Assembly (NCBI GenBank): GCA_016209385.1
Contig: JACQWB010000276.1
Location: forward strand, 1 to 18,695
Direction: 5' to 3'
Source of the DNA: Candidatus Rokuibacteriota bacterium
GTDB taxonomy: Bacteria > Methylomirabilota > Methylomirabilia > Rokubacteriales > CSP1-6
DNA length: 18,695 nucleotides
The stretch's first letter is position 1. Every line of letters starts with the position of its first letter. The notes beneath the pieces were generated by a model. It was not told the DNA's origin. It searched no databases and saw only the letters and a list, made by a program, of their open reading frames with translations. A program made the translations under genes and the position numbers. Below are positions 1 to 8,237 of the stretch, one piece after another.

Positions 1-212
1 CGCCGTACCACCCGAGCCTACGATACTACGACTGCCCCCTTTGGTCCTCCTTTCACCAAATGGGTGCACGACTTGTCAGGTCTGGTGCGGCGTTGGGCTC
101 CTTAGAGCGTTTTTAGGGTCGAGGCAGGATCCTCGGGCCAAAGTCTTCCGGTCGATGCGTGCCAACGTCACCCGGGACCCAGGCCCGATACCGCGAGACG
201 GCCGCAGCGAAG

Positions 213-2240
213 TCAGTCCCGCGCGAGAAGGAGGTTGCCCCAGGGGTCAACGGCGGCGCGCCAGCCAGGAAAGAGGATGGTGGTGGCGCCGAACTCCTCG
301 ACGATGACCGGGCCGTCCAGGGCAGCCCCGGTCGGCAGCCGATCGCGGCGGTAGACCGGGCAGGAAGCGAAGCGATCGTCGAAGTAGACCTCGCGCCCCT
401 CGATGAGCGCTCCTTGCAAATCCCGGACATCGCTCCGATAGGGCGGCAGCCCGGGCTTCGGCACCGCGCCGAAGGCCGAGAGCCTCAGGTTGACGACCTC
501 CACGGTTCCCTGCTCGTCCGCGTGGCCGTACGTCTTGAGATGCCGTGCGTGGAAGTCGCGGGCGATTGACGCCAGGGACATGGTCTCGAGAGCTACTGGG
601 ACATTCAGCTCGAAGGCTTGGCCGAGGTAGCGGAGGTCGAGGGAGAAGTCGAAGCTCATCTCGCCCGGCCTGAAGCCTTCCTCCCGCAGGCGCGCCGCTG
701 CCGCCGCTCTCATCTCCTGGAAGACGGTCATGATCGTGCCCAGACCGAGGTCTTCGAGCCGGCCGATCCGCGTCCTTACGTCGTCATGCCGGATGTCAGA
801 GGCGAGAAGGCCGAGGGCCGAGAAGTTTCCGGGGAAACGCGGCACCAGGATCCGCCTGATCGCCAGCTCCTCAGCCACCGGGATCGCGTGCATGGGCCCG
901 GCTCCGCCGAAGGCGACCAGGGTGAACTCCCGCGGGTCGTGGCCGCGCTGGATCGAGATCTCACGAATGGATGACGTCATGCGCGCCACGGCAATTCTAA
1001 TAATCCCCTCAGCCAGCCGGGCGATGTCGAGCCCCGCGAGCCGATCGGCGAGCCTGCCGATCGCCTCGCGGCTGAGCCGGGGGTCCAGCCTGATCGTCCC
1101 GCCGAGAGGGCGGTCCGCGCTGATCCTGCCGAGCACAAGATTCGCGTCCCTGACCGTGGGCTCGCTGCCGCCGAGACCGTAGGCTGCCGGACCCGGGTCG
1201 GCACCCGCGGACTGGGGCCCGACCTGGAGCGCCCCGTCCACGTCAACCCAGGCGATGCTCCCGCCGCCGGCGCCGACGCTGTTGATGTCCACCTGCGGGA
1301 CCTTCACCGGAAACGCGGCGATCAGGTTGTCCGTCGCGATGACCGGCGAGAGACCCCTGACCAGACAGACGTCGGTGCTGGTCCCGCCCATGTCGTAGGT
1401 GATGAGGTCGGACAAGCCCGCCTGACGCGCGACGAAGAGCGCCTGGCTCACGCCTCCCGCGGGGCCTGAGAAGAGCGTCTTGATGGGGAGCCGCATGGCG
1501 GTCTGGAGGGTCATGATCCCGCCGCTCGAGCCCACGGTCAGGACCCCCGCCCGGTAGCCACAGCCCAGCAGCTCGCGCTCGAGGCCCTCCAGGTAGCGCT
1601 CCACCAGGGGCTGGAGGTAGGCGTTCAGGACGGTGGTCGAGAAGCGCTCGAACTCGCGGTATTCGGGGACCACCTCCGCGGAGCACGAGATCGGAACCCC
1701 GGAGAGGCCTTCCCGCACCATCTCGGCCAGCTGCTTCTCGTGCGAGGGGTTCGCGTACGAGTGGAGCAGGCAGATGGCGACGGCTTCGGGCTCCACGCGC
1801 TTGAGCGCGCCGATCAGCTGCGCCACGCTGGTGTCGTCGAGCGGCGTCAGCACGCGGCCGTCGTGGAGCACCCGCTCCCTGACCTCGAAGCGGAGCGGCC
1901 GCGGCACCACGGGCTTGGGCCTGACGAAGGTCGGATTGAAGAGCGCGGGGATGTTCCGCTTGGTCCGGCCAATCTCGATGAGATCCCTGAAGCCTTCCGT
2001 AGCCACGAGCGCGACGCGCGCCCCGCGCTTCTGGAGGATGGCGTTGGTCCCGACGGTGGTGCCATGGACGATGCGGCTGACCCGGGTGCTGGCCACGCCC
2101 AGCTCGGCCAGCCCCTTCAGGACCGCCCGCGCCTCGTCCCGGGGCGTGGACGGAACCTTCGTGACCTGGATCGCGCCCGTGGCCGCGTCGACCACCGTGA
2201 GGTCCGTGAACGTGCCGCCGACGTCGATGCCGATCAGCAC
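213..2240 (-). CDS. hyuA: Hydantoinase/oxoprolinase A-family protein (N-methylhydantoinase A / acetone carboxylase beta-like), 675 aa
   Basis: N-terminus MLIGIDVGGTFTDL is the classic Hydantoinase_A/ASKHA glycine-rich start; full length (~675 aa) fits HyuA family; GTG start preceded by G-rich stretch; TGA stop at 213-215. No hyuB-like ORF follows (all three minus frames in 1..212 are closed or lack a start). Confidence 0.85.
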   Translation of the reverse strand: MLIGIDVGGTFTDLTVVDAATGAIQVTKVPSTPRDEARAVLKGLAELGVASTRVSRIVHGTTVGTNAILQKRGARVALVATEGFRDLIEIGRTKRNIPALFNPTFVRPKPVVPRPLRFEVRERVLHDGRVLTPLDDTSVAQLIGALKRVEPEAVAICLLHSYANPSHEKQLAEMVREGLSGVPISCSAEVVPEYREFERFSTTVLNAYLQPLVERYLEGLERELLGCGYRAGVLTVGSSGGIMTLQTAMRLPIKTLFSGPAGGVSQALFVARQAGLSDLITYDMGGTSTDVCLVRGLSPVIATDNLIAAFPVKVPQVDINSVGAGGGSIAWVDVDGALQVGPQSAGADPGPAAYGLGGSEPTVRDANLVLGRISADRPLGGTIRLDPRLSREAIGRLADRLAGLDIARLAEGIIRIAVARMTSSIREISIQRGHDPREFTLVAFGGAGPMHAIPVAEELAIRRILVPRFPGNFSALGLLASDIRHDDVRTRIGRLEDLGLGTIMTVFQEMRAAAAARLREEGFRPGEMSFDFSLDLRYLGQAFELNVPVALETMSLASIARDFHARHLKTYGHADEQGTVEVVNLRLSAFGAVPKPGLPPYRSDVRDLQGALIEGREVYFDDRFASCPVYRRDRLPTGAALDGPVIVEEFGATTILFPGWRAAVDPWGNLLLARD

Positions 2241-2285
2241 AGGGAGACCACCCCCCGCCGGACACGCTCGCGCAACCGCATCGGT

Positions 2286-3041
2286 CTACCGATGATCCTC
2301 GGCCCGATCCTCGGGCTCGTACCCGACAACGGTGCGCGCGTGGTCGAGATCACGGTACCCCCACTTGTTGTTGGAGACGACGTAGAAGACGTCGAATCGC
2401 ACGCTGTCGGGCGCCGCGATGCACTTCTCGATCATCTGCGCCACGTCCCGCTGGCTGCACCAGACCGAGAACTCGCGCGGCGCGGTCGGCCGGTCTTCCC
2501 CGTTCACCGCGCCGATCCGCAGGCAGATCACGGACATTCCGTACTCGCCGGCGTAATACCTGGCGAGCGCCTCTCCCCAGAGCTTGCTGCAGCCATAGAG
2601 GCCCGAGGGACGCGGCGGCGTCTCGTGGGTCAGCTTCGTCCACGTGCCCACCTCGTCGTAGCGTCCCGCGACGAGGGCCGAGTACGGGAACTCCTGCTCG
2701 TACCGGTTCACCGTCGCGCCGCTGCTGGCGTAGACGATGCGCGTCACGCCCGCCTCCCGCGACGCCTCGAAGACGTTGTACGTCCCGACGATGTTGTGCC
2801 TCAGGATCTCCTCCCACGGCGCGCTGACGCGGGCAAGGGCCGCGAGGTGGACGACGACGTCAATCCCCGCAAAGGCGGGCCGGATCCCGTCGAGATCGGC
2901 GATGTCGGCCCGGTGGCACGGCACGCCGTTCACGGGGCGCCGGTTCAGCGCCCGAAGGTCGTACTTCCCCTCCAGGCGCTTGCGCACCGCGCCGCCGATC
3001 AGCCCGCTCATGCCCGTCACCAGGACCTTCCGCCGCGCCAT
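2286..3041 (-). CDS. NAD-dependent epimerase/dehydratase family protein (extended SDR), 251 aa
   Basis: N-terminal Rossmann motif VLVTGMSGLIGGAV (TGxxGxxG), YxxxK-like catalytic region (YGCSKLWGE); size and pattern typical of short NAD(P)-epimerases; 45 nt upstream of hyuA in same orientation. Confidence 0.8.
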   Translation of the reverse strand: MARRKVLVTGMSGLIGGAVRKRLEGKYDLRALNRRPVNGVPCHRADIADLDGIRPAFAGIDVVVHLAALARVSAPWEEILRHNIVGTYNVFEASREAGVTRIVYASSGATVNRYEQEFPYSALVAGRYDEVGTWTKLTHETPPRPSGLYGCSKLWGEALARYYAGEYGMSVICLRIGAVNGEDRPTAPREFSVWCSQRDVAQMIEKCIAAPDSVRFDVFYVVSNNKWGYRDLDHARTVVGYEPEDRAEDHR

Positions 3042-3049
3042 CCGCTCTC

Positions 3050-4105
3050 TCAGGCAAAGCTAAAGACGCGCCCCGGATTCTCCACGAGGAGCGCCCGGAT
3101 GGTGGCCTCATCGAGGCCCTTGCGCCTGAGCCGCGGCACGATGTTCACGAGCAGGTGGTGGTAGCCGTGGCCGCCGTAGCGGGTCAGGCGCATCTTCTGG
3201 CAGATATCGTGGGAGACGAGGAGCTGGTTCAGATGGCCGGCTTCGATCAGCCTGAGCACGCAGGCCATCCGCTGGCCATCGCTCGGCATGTCGAAGCCTG
3301 GGTTCAACGGGTAGTACGATCCTTCCAGCCCGAAGAGGTCGTACTCGAGGTAGCAGCCGGTGGCGGCGAGATCGAGGAGCTGCCCGTGGTCAGCGATCGT
3401 GCGATCGATGTGGCAGATGATGGTGCGGCTCGGGTCGCCGCCGTGGCGCCGGACGGCGTCCAGGATCTCCGTGGGCGCCTTCGCGTCCCGCCCCGGGTGA
3501 ATCATCAGGGGCGCGCCCGTCTCGCGCTGGGCCCAGACCGCAGCCCGGACGCTCTTCTGCTCGTTCTCCGTCCAGGGCCAGGAGCAGCCGATCTCGCCGA
3601 TCAGCCCGGACCGGATGCCGGCGTCGCCCACCCCGACCGTGACGTCCCGGATGATCTCCCGCGCGATCTCTTCGCCGGTCCGGCTCCCCATGTCGCGGGG
3701 ATGGCTCGCCCCGACATAGTAGCCGGCGCCCATGACGATGTTCAGCTCGGTCGCCCGCGCGATCCGGGCGAGGCCGGCCGGGTCCCGCGCGAGCCCGACG
3801 TTGGTGGGATCGACGATCGTGAGGCCGCCCGCCGCGCGGAAGAGGAGGGCTTCGTCCCGGGCCGTCGCCTCGTCCAGGAGCTTCAGGTTGTCCAGGTTGC
3901 TGGTCCAGTGATACCGGACCCAGCCCAAATTCGCGAGGCTCACCGGCTCGTACGCGCGGCCCCGCGCGCTCGCGGCCTGGGGCTCGGTGAACGAGCAGCT
4001 GATGTCGACGAGCAGGTGCTCGTGGGGGAGCGTGATCCCCAGGGACCTTCCCGGGACGGGACCGAGGACCGTCTGGACATGCCCGGGAAGAGCCGATCCG
4101 GCCAC
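3050..4105 (-). CDS. Phosphotriesterase-family protein (PTE/PHP; phosphotriesterase-like lactonase-type amidohydrolase), 351 aa
   Basis: N-terminal GITLPHEHLLVD matches the HxH metal-binding motif and context of the PTE/Php/PLL family (GxTLxHEH); TIM-barrel amidohydrolase length; GTG start with GAGAGGG SD-like upstream. Confidence 0.8.
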   Translation of the reverse strand: MAGSALPGHVQTVLGPVPGRSLGITLPHEHLLVDISCSFTEPQAASARGRAYEPVSLANLGWVRYHWTSNLDNLKLLDEATARDEALLFRAAGGLTIVDPTNVGLARDPAGLARIARATELNIVMGAGYYVGASHPRDMGSRTGEEIAREIIRDVTVGVGDAGIRSGLIGEIGCSWPWTENEQKSVRAAVWAQRETGAPLMIHPGRDAKAPTEILDAVRRHGGDPSRTIICHIDRTIADHGQLLDLAATGCYLEYDLFGLEGSYYPLNPGFDMPSDGQRMACVLRLIEAGHLNQLLVSHDICQKMRLTRYGGHGYHHLLVNIVPRLRRKGLDEATIRALLVENPGRVFSFA

Positions 4106-4151
4106 AGGTGGCCCTCTCGCGATCAGGGGCGCGCCAAGTCTGGCCGCGGGA

Positions 4152-5102
4152 TCAGGTCGGCAGGAGTCCCGCCGCCTTGAGGGCTTCCCTGATCCGCGCC
4201 CGCTCCTCGTCGTTGATCGGGGTCAGCGGCGGGCGAACGACCGCCTGCGGAATGCGGCCGAGCAGGACCAGCGCCTCCTTCATCCGGTTGTGCATGTCCA
4301 CGAAGGGCGGGGCGTAAAAGACGCGCACGAGCGGCTCCAGGCGGTCGTTGATCCTGCGGGCCGTTTCGAGATCGCCCTTCTGGACAGCGGCAAAGAGTTC
4401 GGCCTGGAGGTCCGCGGCGACGCTCCCCATCCCCGAGATGCAGCCGTCGGCGCCGAGGACGAAGGACGCGAAGAGCGACATCGTGAAGCTCGACAGCATG
4501 GCGACGGGGCGGCCGGTGGCCCGAACGGCCCGGAGGTTCTGCTCGAAGGCCACGATGTCGTTCGACCAGTCCTTGACCGCGACGACCGAGGGGATCATGG
4601 CGAGCTTGGCGAGCGTCTCCGGGCTGTAGCCGATCCCCGAGGCGGGCGGGTACTCGAAGACGACGATCGGGATGTCCACGGCCTTGGCGATCGCCGAGAA
4701 GTGGCGGAGCGCCATCGCCGGCTTCTCGCGCGCGCCCCACATGAAGAGCGTGGGCGGGAAGACGAGAATCCCCGCGGCGCCGGCGGCCCTGGCGTCGCCG
4801 GCCAGCTCGATGGCCTCCTGGGTGCCGTCGCTGTAGACGCCAGCGATCAGGGGGAGGCGGTCCCCGACCTCGTCGAGGGCCAGCTCGAGCGCCCGCCGCC
4901 GTTCCTCCCGCGAGAGCGAGGAGACCTCGGCGGCGTGGCCGTTGACCGTGATGGCGGTGACGCCGGGCGTGTCGGCCAGCCATCGCAGGTGCTTCCGGTA
5001 GGCGGCCTCGTCGATCGAGAGGTCGGGCCTGAAGGGCACGAGGTTCGCCGGGATCACGCCGTGGAACTTGAGAGACGCGTTCACTGGACCACCTTCCCTC
5101 AT
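4152..5102 (-). CDS. Dihydrodipicolinate synthase (DapA)/N-acetylneuraminate lyase family class I aldolase-lyase, 316 aa
   Basis: Length and pattern of DHDPS family, including GVIPANLVPF near N-terminus, conserved VAVKDWS with Schiff-base lysine context, GxGS motif; specific substrate not assignable. Alternative GTG start (VNASLKF) 6 codons in. Confidence 0.8.
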   Translation of the reverse strand: MREGGPVNASLKFHGVIPANLVPFRPDLSIDEAAYRKHLRWLADTPGVTAITVNGHAAEVSSLSREERRRALELALDEVGDRLPLIAGVYSDGTQEAIELAGDARAAGAAGILVFPPTLFMWGAREKPAMALRHFSAIAKAVDIPIVVFEYPPASGIGYSPETLAKLAMIPSVVAVKDWSNDIVAFEQNLRAVRATGRPVAMLSSFTMSLFASFVLGADGCISGMGSVAADLQAELFAAVQKGDLETARRINDRLEPLVRVFYAPPFVDMHNRMKEALVLLGRIPQAVVRPPLTPINDEERARIREALKAAGLLPT

Positions 5103-5131
5103 GATTCAGCACCGTCCCTTTCGAGCGCCCA

Positions 5132-5203
5132 CCCACCCCTTCGGGGTGGGTACCCGGCCGGCGCAATCCCGGGGGGAGGTTCGGAAGGGGGGCGGAGCCC
5201 CCC
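5132..5203. repeat. Cluster of GC hairpins upstream of the DapA-like gene / downstream of the isochorismatase remnant (CCCACCCC-TTC-GGGGTGGG and GGGGGGC-GGA-GCCCCCC followed by TCCGAG)
   Basis: Perfect inverted repeats visible in sequence; second hairpin plus flanking CCCTCCGAG recurs near 18353-18375. Coordinates approximate. Confidence 0.4.
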
Positions 5204-5263
5204 TCCGAGGAAGTTCATGCCTGGCACCTCCACACGGGCCAGCCCTCGACCCGCGTCAACACC

Positions 5264-5485
5264 CTACCACAGGGCCATCTCGTCGGCGACCTCCTTGGCC
5301 GACGCGACGCGCGCGTAGGCGCGCCGGATGATGTCGAGCGTCGCGCGCTGGATCTCGGGCCAGAGGGTTGCCACACCGTCCTCGACCACGACGCACCGGA
5401 ACCCCTTCTGCATGTCCACGACGATGAGCGCGGTCCGCCCCGGCACGAGCCTCAGCACCTGAGCGAACGTTGCGTCGCGATCCAT
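5264..5485 (-). pseudogene. Truncated isochorismatase-family (cysteine hydrolase) gene remnant, 74 codons
   Basis: Internal-start peptide MDRDATFAQVLRLVPGRTALIVVDMQKGF carries the hallmark isochorismatase N-terminal motif (ALxVxDMQxxF) but the ORF stops after ~74 aa (family is normally ~180-200 aa); remaining downstream space (~160 nt) is hairpin-rich non-coding DNA. Start 20 nt after ACAD stop. Confidence 0.5.
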
Positions 5486-5504
5486 GCCGGCGGGCGGCCG
5501 CGAG

Positions 5505-6701
5505 CTAGTATGAGCGCGGGAGGCCCAGGACGTGCTCGGAGAGGTAGTTGAGCACCATCTGCTGGGAGACCGGCGCGATCTTGTAGAGCCGGATCTCACG
5601 CCAGAGGCGCTCGACGTAGAACTCCTTGGCGTAGCCGAAGCCGCCGAGCGTCTGGAGCGCTACGTCGCAGGCCTCGAAGCCCGCCTCCGCGGCCACGAGC
5701 TTGGCCGTGTTGGCCTCGGCCCCGCAGGGGCGGCCGTGGTCGTAGAGCCAGGCGGCCTTCCAGCAGATGAGCTCGGAAGCTTCGAGCTTTGCCCAGGCGC
5801 CGGCGAGAGGGTGGGCGATGGCCTGGTTCTTCCCGATGGGCCGGTCGAAGACGATCCGTTCCTTGGCGTACTGGACCGCCCGCTCCAGCGCTGCCCGGCC
5901 GATCCCGACCGCCTCGATGGCCGTCAGGATCCGCTCGGGGTTGAGCGAGTCGAGCAGGTGGTAGAACCCTTCGCCCACCTGCCCCACGACGTCCTCCTCG
6001 GGAACCTCCAGGTTGTCGATGAAGATCTCGTTGGAATCCACCGCAGCCCGCCCGAGCTTCTCGATCTCGCGCACCGTGATCCGGGTGCGGTCGAAGTCGG
6101 CGAAGAAGAGCGTCATGCCCTTGAAGGGCTTGCTCGCGACCTGCTCGCGTGGCGTCGTCCGCGCCAGGAGCAGGATCTTCGTCGCGTGCCGGGCGTTCGT
6201 GTTCCAGACCTTGCGCCCGTTGATGATCCAGCGGTCCCCCTTCTTCTCCGCCCGCGTCTGGATCCGGGAGGTGTCCGTCCCCGCGTTGGGCTCGGTCACG
6301 CCGAAGGACATCACGATCTCGCCGGTCGCGATCTTCGGCAGGGTCTTGCGCTTCAGCGCCTCGCTCCCGTGCTTGATCAGCGGCATCGGCGGGAAGACGT
6401 AGAAGTGGATCGGCGAGGCGCCGCTGGTCCCGGCCCCGGCCGCGCAGATCTCGTGGAGCAGGATCGAGCCCTCGGTGACCCCGAGCCCCGAGCCGCCGTA
6501 CTCCTCCGGAACGATGATCCCCAGCCAGCCGCTGCGCGCGAAGGCGTCGACGAACTCCTGGGGGTACTCGGCCTTCCGGTCCTTCTCGAGCCAGTAGTCC
6601 CAGGAGAAGGAGCGCGCCAGGGCGGAGACCTCCTTGCGGATCATCTCCTGCTGCTCGGTGAAGGCGAAGTCCATGGCTTCCCCCAAAGGGGCGCGATTCA
6701 C
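5505..6701 (-). CDS. Acyl-CoA dehydrogenase, 398 aa (alternative ATG start at ~6674 giving MDFAFTEQQEM...)
   Basis: Typical ACAD N-terminus (MDFAFTEQQEMIRKEV), FGVTEPNAGTD substrate/FAD region, C-terminal catalytic region (...QTLGGFGY...). The ATG 9 codons in is preceded by GGGGGAAG SD-like and is the more likely start. Confidence 0.9.
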   Translation of the reverse strand: MNRAPLGEAMDFAFTEQQEMIRKEVSALARSFSWDYWLEKDRKAEYPQEFVDAFARSGWLGIIVPEEYGGSGLGVTEGSILLHEICAAGAGTSGASPIHFYVFPPMPLIKHGSEALKRKTLPKIATGEIVMSFGVTEPNAGTDTSRIQTRAEKKGDRWIINGRKVWNTNARHATKILLLARTTPREQVASKPFKGMTLFFADFDRTRITVREIEKLGRAAVDSNEIFIDNLEVPEEDVVGQVGEGFYHLLDSLNPERILTAIEAVGIGRAALERAVQYAKERIVFDRPIGKNQAIAHPLAGAWAKLEASELICWKAAWLYDHGRPCGAEANTAKLVAAEAGFEACDVALQTLGGFGYAKEFYVERLWREIRLYKIAPVSQQMVLNYLSEHVLGLPRSY

Positions 6702-6752
6702 AGTCGGAGGGGGCCTCGACGCGCCCTCCGAGGCCTCCCCCAGGAATCGGTT

Positions 6753-6771
6753 GCGCGGGCGAAGCCCGCGC
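6753..6771. repeat. Perfect hairpin GCGCGGGC-GAA-GCCCGCGC in the ACAD 5' leader/upstream region
   Basis: 8-bp perfect stem with GAA loop, same architecture as hairpins at ~5187-5203 and ~18353-18367. Coordinates approximate. Confidence 0.4.
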
Positions 6772-6973
6772 TCGAAGGGCGTTACTCCGACAGCGCCTAG
6801 TATAGCCGGAGAGACTCGGGAGGGCCAGGGCCGGAGGGCACGTTCAGGGCGGGAAAGAGGTCAGGGGAACGCCGCGCCAGGGTCAGGCGAGCGGCGGCGT
6901 GACGAGGGAGAGTCGACGGCCGACGGGCCTTATGGTCCCGCCCGTTCGGGCTCGCCGGACTCCGAGCGACCGC

Positions 6974-7141
6974 CTACCACCAGTGGAGCGGCGCGATCAC
7001 CCGGCCGTCCCTCGGCTTGTCGGCGGGGTCTGGCGACTCTGTCCCGTAGGCGTCCGGCACCATCGCATCCGCCAGTATCTCCTCGGCGGCGTCAGCCTCG
7101 CCGCACAGCTCCCGGAGGCGCAGGTCGTACCAGAAGTCCAT
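6974..7141 (-). CDS. Hypothetical small acidic protein, 55 aa (MDFWYDLRLRELCGEADAAEEILADAMVPDAYGTESPDPADKPRDGRVIAPLHWW)
   Basis: ATG preceded by GAAAGGAGGGG SD (~6-9 nt spacer); strong GC3 bias consistent with host coding; lies in the 640-bp divergent region between ACAD and DLH genes. No family recognised. Confidence 0.35.
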   Translation of the reverse strand: MDFWYDLRLRELCGEADAAEEILADAMVPDAYGTESPDPADKPRDGRVIAPLHWW

Positions 7142-7340
7142 CTCACACTCCCCTCCTTTCGCCCGATGCTTCTCGGTGTGACAAGTGTGCAGATGGGATG
7201 CCAACGGCCGGGCTCTTGAAATCAGGTATTTACCGGGTACCGATGAGCGCTGCTCCAGGCATTGTGCCCGACCCGAGGGCGGAACGCCCGTGCCATGGCG
7301 CGACTTTTCCCGGGCAAGGGGGTGTCGTATCTTGAGGAGC

Positions 7341-8180
7341 ATGAAACAAAAGATCCTGGGAGGGCTTCTGGCCGCGCTCGCCCTCGCCGGCTGCGCCGGC
7401 CATGTCTCGTTCCTCAACGTCGCGCCGAACGCCCCGGCCCGCATCCCGGCGACGCTCTACCGACCTGAAGGGCCGGGGCCGTTCCCCGCTGTCGTCCTCC
7501 TCCACGGCTGCGAGGGCGTCTCCGCCTCGCACCACGACTGGGGACGCTGGTTTCGGGAGCGCGGATACGTCGCCCTCGTCCTCGACAGCTGGACCTCGCG
7601 GGGGCTGACAGAGATCTGCTCGAAGGAGGGGCCGGAGATCGACCGGTTCTGGCGTTTCGACGACGGAATAGGTGCGCTCCGCTACCTCCAGTCGCTCGGG
7701 TTCGTGGATCCCGCCCGGATCGGCGCGATCGGCTGGTCCAACGGCGGCGTGTACTCGATGGCCCTGATCAACGGCCCGAGCCTGGAGCGCGCGGTCAAGC
7801 GCGGCCTGACGCTCCCGAACCCGGGCTACGCCGCCGCCGTGGCAGTCTATCCGGGCGGATGCTTCTCGCTCGTGGCGGAGCGGGTGGTCAAACCCCTGCT
7901 CGTCCTCATCGGTGAAGCCGACGACTGGACCCTCGCCTTCGAGTGCGCCCAGATGGTGGAGGCCATGCGCTCCCGCGGCTCGGACGCCACCATCGTCACG
8001 TACCGGGGCGCCTACCACTACTTCGACGTCGAGGGCCAGCCCCTCCAGGTGCTCCCGAACGTCGAGAACCGGAACCGCCCGGGGGGCTGCTGCGGCGCGA
8101 CGGTCGGCTACAATGCCGCGGCGGCAGCCGACGCCCGCCGCCGGGTCGAGGAGTTCTTCGCGCGCCACCTGAAGCGCTAA
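7341..8180 (+). CDS. Dienelactone hydrolase family lipoprotein (alpha/beta hydrolase), 279 aa
   Basis: ATG with GAGGAG SD; N-terminal lipoprotein signal MKQKILGGLLAALALAGC (lipobox LAGC); body matches DLH-family pattern (PAVVLLHGCEG..., GWSNGG nucleophile elbow region, YPGG, HYF). The six-frame ORF from 7185 is an upstream extension without support. Confidence 0.75.
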   Translation: MKQKILGGLLAALALAGCAGHVSFLNVAPNAPARIPATLYRPEGPGPFPAVVLLHGCEGVSASHHDWGRWFRERGYVALVLDSWTSRGLTEICSKEGPEIDRFWRFDDGIGALRYLQSLGFVDPARIGAIGWSNGGVYSMALINGPSLERAVKRGLTLPNPGYAAAVAVYPGGCFSLVAERVVKPLLVLIGEADDWTLAFECAQMVEAMRSRGSDATIVTYRGAYHYFDVEGQPLQVLPNVENRNRPGGCCGATVGYNAAAAADARRRVEEFFARHLKR

Positions 8181-8237
8181 CGCCGTCGGCCGGGGGGTGA
8201 CTGGCGAGCCGCGCGCTCCCGTGCCATAATTCGCCCC

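Noticed and set aside
1243-2265. 340-aa minus-strand ORF (and similar long ORFs 1633-2295+, 1740-3164+, 3155-4180+, 3987-5318+, 4123-5166-, 5532-6800+, 7230-8942-, 8984-10231-, 9798-11324-, 11663-12745+, 12585-13517-, 14653-16398+, 16181-17404+, 16389-17252-)
   Set aside because: All lie antisense to or out of frame with genes that have clear family signatures. Their translations are Arg/Gly/Pro/Ala-rich low-complexity strings typical of stop-codon-poor alternative frames in ~68% GC DNA. None has a plausible SD/start context.
7195-7225. TGTGACAAGTGTGCAGA upstream of the DLH gene as a CRP-type operator, and TTGAAA-N17-ACCGAT as a sigma-70 promoter
   Set aside because: The first is only a half-site match (TGTGA without a properly spaced TCACA partner). 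The -10 candidate is poor. Both are too weak to call without comparative data.
6634-7335. 233-aa plus-strand ORF (and 6899-7219+, 6974-7444- full length) in the divergent intergenic region
   Set aside because: Arg/Pro/Ser-rich low-complexity translations with no SD. Only the C-terminal 55 codons of the minus ORF (from ATG 7141) have start-site support and are reported separately as a low-confidence small ORF.
7185-7340. N-terminal extension of the DLH ORF from 7185 (MCRWDANGR...)
   Set aside because: The extension is Arg/Cys-rich and precedes an obvious SD (GAGGAG) plus ATG plus lipoprotein signal peptide at 7341. The real start is almost certainly 7341.
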